From Alphaproteobacteria bacterium (GTDB lineage Bacteria > Pseudomonadota > Alphaproteobacteria > UBA828): 64,000 nt of DNA. Positions 61,359-64,000 of the stretch are shown here, in pieces (position 1 is the first letter of the stretch; each line of letters begins with the position of its first letter). A model generated the notes under the pieces. It was not told where the DNA came from, did no database searches, and saw only the letters and a program-made list of their open reading frames with translations. The stretch is taken from contig CBDCQT010000010.1 in the NCBI GenBank assembly GCA_965220745.1, positions 320,001-384,000 of the forward strand, in the 5' to 3' direction. The translations under genes and the position numbers were made by a program.

Positions 61359-62960
61359 GTGGCGGAGGAGGAACACCGAGGGGCTGCTGCAGAGCGCGGC
61401 CCCTCGGGCGGGCCGGGTGTGCCCGCGCTGGAGGTCGTCGGCATCCAGAAGTGGTTCGGCTCGGTGCACGCGAACGACGACGTGTCGGTCGCCGTCGCAC
61501 CCGGCACGATCCACGGCATCGTCGGCGAGAACGGCGCCGGCAAGTCGACCCTGATGAGCATCGTCTACGGCTACTACCAGGCCGACGGCGGCGAGATCAG
61601 GGTGGGCGGCACGCCGGTCACCATCAGGGGGCCGGAGGACGCCATCGGCCACGGCGTCGGCATGGTCCACCAGCACTTCATGCTCGTGGACACCTTCACC
61701 GTGCTGGAGAACGTGGTGCTCGGCGTGGAGAAGGGCTACCTGCTGCGCTCGACCCTGAGCGAGGCCCGGCAGGAGCTGGAGCGGCTGGAGCGTGAGTACG
61801 GGCTCGATGTCGACCCCGACGCCATCGTCGGCTCGCTGCCCGTGGGGCTGCAGCAGCGGGTGGAGATCCTGAAGGCGCTCTATCGCGGCGCCGATATTCT
61901 GATTCTCGACGAGCCGACGGGCGTGCTCACGCCGCAGGAGGTGGACGACCTCTTCCGCATCCTCTGCGCGCTTAGGGATCAGGGCCGGACCATCGTCCTG
62001 ATCACCCACAAGCTGCGCGAGATCATGGCGCTCACCGATCGCGTTACGGTGATGCGCGCCGGCCGCGTGGTCGATCATGTGGCGACCGCCGAGACCGACC
62101 GCGCCCAGCTCGCCGCGATGATGGTGGGCCGCAGCGTGCTGCTCCGCGTGGACAAGGAGGAAGCAGCGCCGGGCGAGGCGTTGCTGCGGGTCGAGAGCCT
62201 GGCGGTGCGCGACCGCAGCGGCGTGCTGCGCGTGCACGACGTGAGCTTCACCGTGCACGCCGGCGAGATCGTCGGCATCGCGGGCGTCGCCGGCAACGGC
62301 CAGTCGGAGCTGCTGGAGGCGCTCGCCGGCACCCTCGCCAGCGAGCAGGGCACCATCGCCATCGGGGGCGCGCCCGTGCCCGCCGGCGGACGGGCGGAGG
62401 CGGCGCGAGCCATGCGCCGGCGCGGGCTGGGCCACGTGCCTGAGGACCGTCAGCGCATGGGGCTGGTGACGGCCTTCGATGCCTCCGAAAGCGGCATCCT
62501 GGGTCATCATCGCGAGCGACACTACAACCGCGGCGCGCTGATGAGCCGGGTCGCGGTGGTCGACGACGTGGGAAGCACGATGGCGGACTTCGACGTCCGC
62601 CCGCCCCTGCCGACGCTGCGCACGGCCAACTTCTCCGGCGGCAACCAGCAGAAGATCGTGGTGGGCCGCGAGATGAGCCGCAGCCCGGACGTGCTGCTGG
62701 TGGGCCAGCCGACCCGTGGCGTCGATATCGGCGCCATCGAGTTCATCCACCGCAAGCTCGTGGCGATGCGCGACGAGGGCAAGGCGATCCTGCTGGTCTC
62801 GGTCGAGCTCGACGAGATCATGTCGCTCGCCGACCGCATCCTGGTGATGTTCGGCGGCGCGATCGTCGGCGAGGTTTCGCAAGAGGAGGCGGACGAGCGC
62901 ACGCTCGGCCTGATGATGGCGGGCGAGCGCGCAGACGGTGCGGAGGCCGCCGGGGTGTGA
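61359..62960 (+). CDS. nucleoside/sugar ABC ATP-binding protein with two NBDs
   Basis: GENGAGKST, GMVHQHF, LDEPT, FSGGNQQK, QPTRGVDIG. Confidence 0.92.
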   Translation: MAEEEHRGAAAERGPSGGPGVPALEVVGIQKWFGSVHANDDVSVAVAPGTIHGIVGENGAGKSTLMSIVYGYYQADGGEIRVGGTPVTIRGPEDAIGHGVGMVHQHFMLVDTFTVLENVVLGVEKGYLLRSTLSEARQELERLEREYGLDVDPDAIVGSLPVGLQQRVEILKALYRGADILILDEPTGVLTPQEVDDLFRILCALRDQGRTIVLITHKLREIMALTDRVTVMRAGRVVDHVATAETDRAQLAAMMVGRSVLLRVDKEEAAPGEALLRVESLAVRDRSGVLRVHDVSFTVHAGEIVGIAGVAGNGQSELLEALAGTLASEQGTIAIGGAPVPAGGRAEAARAMRRRGLGHVPEDRQRMGLVTAFDASESGILGHHRERHYNRGALMSRVAVVDDVGSTMADFDVRPPLPTLRTANFSGGNQQKIVVGREMSRSPDVLLVGQPTRGVDIGAIEFIHRKLVAMRDEGKAILLVSVELDEIMSLADRILVMFGGAIVGEVSQEEADERTLGLMMAGERADGAEAAGV

Positions 62961-64000
62961 AGGGCTTCGGCGGCCCGACCCAGGCGCCGACCTGGGTCAC
63001 CCACGGGCTGGTCCCGCTCATCAACCTGGGGCTCGCGCTCGTCATCGCCGGCATCATCATCGCGCTGATCGGCGAGAACCCGTTCGAGGCGCTGAGGCTG
63101 CTGGTCCTGGGCGCGGTCGGCTACCCGGAAGCGATCGGCTACACCCTCTACTACACCACCAACTTCGTCTTCACCGGGCTCGCCGTCGCCATCGCCTTCC
63201 ACTGCGGCCTCTTCAACATCGGCGGCGAGGGGCAGGCCTATCTCGGCGGGCTCGGCGCGGGCCTGATCGGGCTCTACCTGGGCCACTGGCCGGCGCCCGT
63301 CGTGATTCCGCTGGCGATCGCCTGCGCCATGGCCTTCGGTGCCTTCTGGGCCTTCATCCCCGGCTGGCTGCAGGCGAAGCGCGGCAGCCACATCGTCATC
63401 ACGACGATCATGTTCAACTTTCTGGCCGCGGCGCTGATGACCTACCTGCTGGTCGAGATCTTCATCAAGCCGGGGCAGCAGGCGGCCGAAAGCCGCACCT
63501 TCGAGGCGGGCGCCTGGCTCCCCTTCGTCCACGACGTGTTCGCGGCCTTCGGCGCGAATATCGGCCGCTCGTCCCTCAACCTGAGCATCGTGATTGCCGG
63601 GGTCTGCCTCGTGCTGTTCTGGTTCTTCGTCTGGCGCACGCGCTGGGGCTATGAGATTCGCGCCGTCGGGCACAACGAGTCGGCGGCGGTCTACGGCGGC
63701 ATCGCACCGGACCGCGCGATCATGCTGGCGATGGCGATCTCGGGCGGGCTCGCGGGCCTCGTGGGCGTCAACGAGATCATCGGCGTCCACCACCGGCTGC
63801 TGCTGGAGTTCACGGCGGGCTACGGCTTCGTCGGTATCGCGGTCGCGCTGATGGGCCGCAACCACCCGGTGGGCATCCTGCTCGCGGCCCTGCTTTTCGG
63901 CATTCTCTACCAGGGCGGCTCCGAGCTCGCCTTCGACATGCCCAACGTGACCCGCGACATGGTGGTGGTGCTGCAGGGGCTGGTCATCCTGTTCTCGGGC
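62957..64000 (+). CDS. nucleoside ABC permease, truncated by the window end
   Basis: GTG overlapping the upstream stop; GLFNIGGEGQ, GSHIVITTIMFN, GFVGIAVALMGRNHP; no stop within the window. Confidence 0.9.
   Translation, partial: MKGFGGPTQAPTWVTHGLVPLINLGLALVIAGIIIALIGENPFEALRLLVLGAVGYPEAIGYTLYYTTNFVFTGLAVAIAFHCGLFNIGGEGQAYLGGLGAGLIGLYLGHWPAPVVIPLAIACAMAFGAFWAFIPGWLQAKRGSHIVITTIMFNFLAAALMTYLLVEIFIKPGQQAAESRTFEAGAWLPFVHDVFAAFGANIGRSSLNLSIVIAGVCLVLFWFFVWRTRWGYEIRAVGHNESAAVYGGIAPDRAIMLAMAISGGLAGLVGVNEIIGVHHRLLLEFTAGYGFVGIAVALMGRNHPVGILLAALLFGILYQGGSELAFDMPNVTRDMVVVLQGLVILFSG

Overview
High-GC bacterial DNA, probably an alphaproteobacterium (phaR, protein families, frequent C-terminal AAE) and plausibly a sponge-type symbiont (swf-like PKS). 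Contents from left to right: phaR; a hydantoinase/oxoprolinase cluster (fused A-B gene, small Cys4 protein, one A subunit, two ~93% identical B subunits); an RHH/FitA-like gene coupled to an ABC-type ATPase and a TOPRIM-like protein (candidate defence module); a GNAT/DUF1778 toxin-antitoxin pair; amrS and fused amrB-amrA pushed apart by an ~11.5 kb island. The island encodes a monomodular reducing type I PKS (swfA-like), split by a complete IS1380 element with a CTAG duplication, plus a thioester-reductase/sulfotransferase fusion (swfB-like). Next come a candidate small RNA; a furoate-degradation operon (dienelactone hydrolase, hmfABCDE) that runs directly into nickel-pincer cofactor genes larC-larE-larB with no larA; a peptide-type ABC importer with one degenerate ATP site; two tandem MHPCO-like flavin oxygenases; higBA; an AceE-like E1; and a BMP/nucleoside ABC transporter cut by the window end. 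No rRNA, tRNA or CRISPR array was recognised. All calls come from motif reading and recalled family knowledge, not from database searches.
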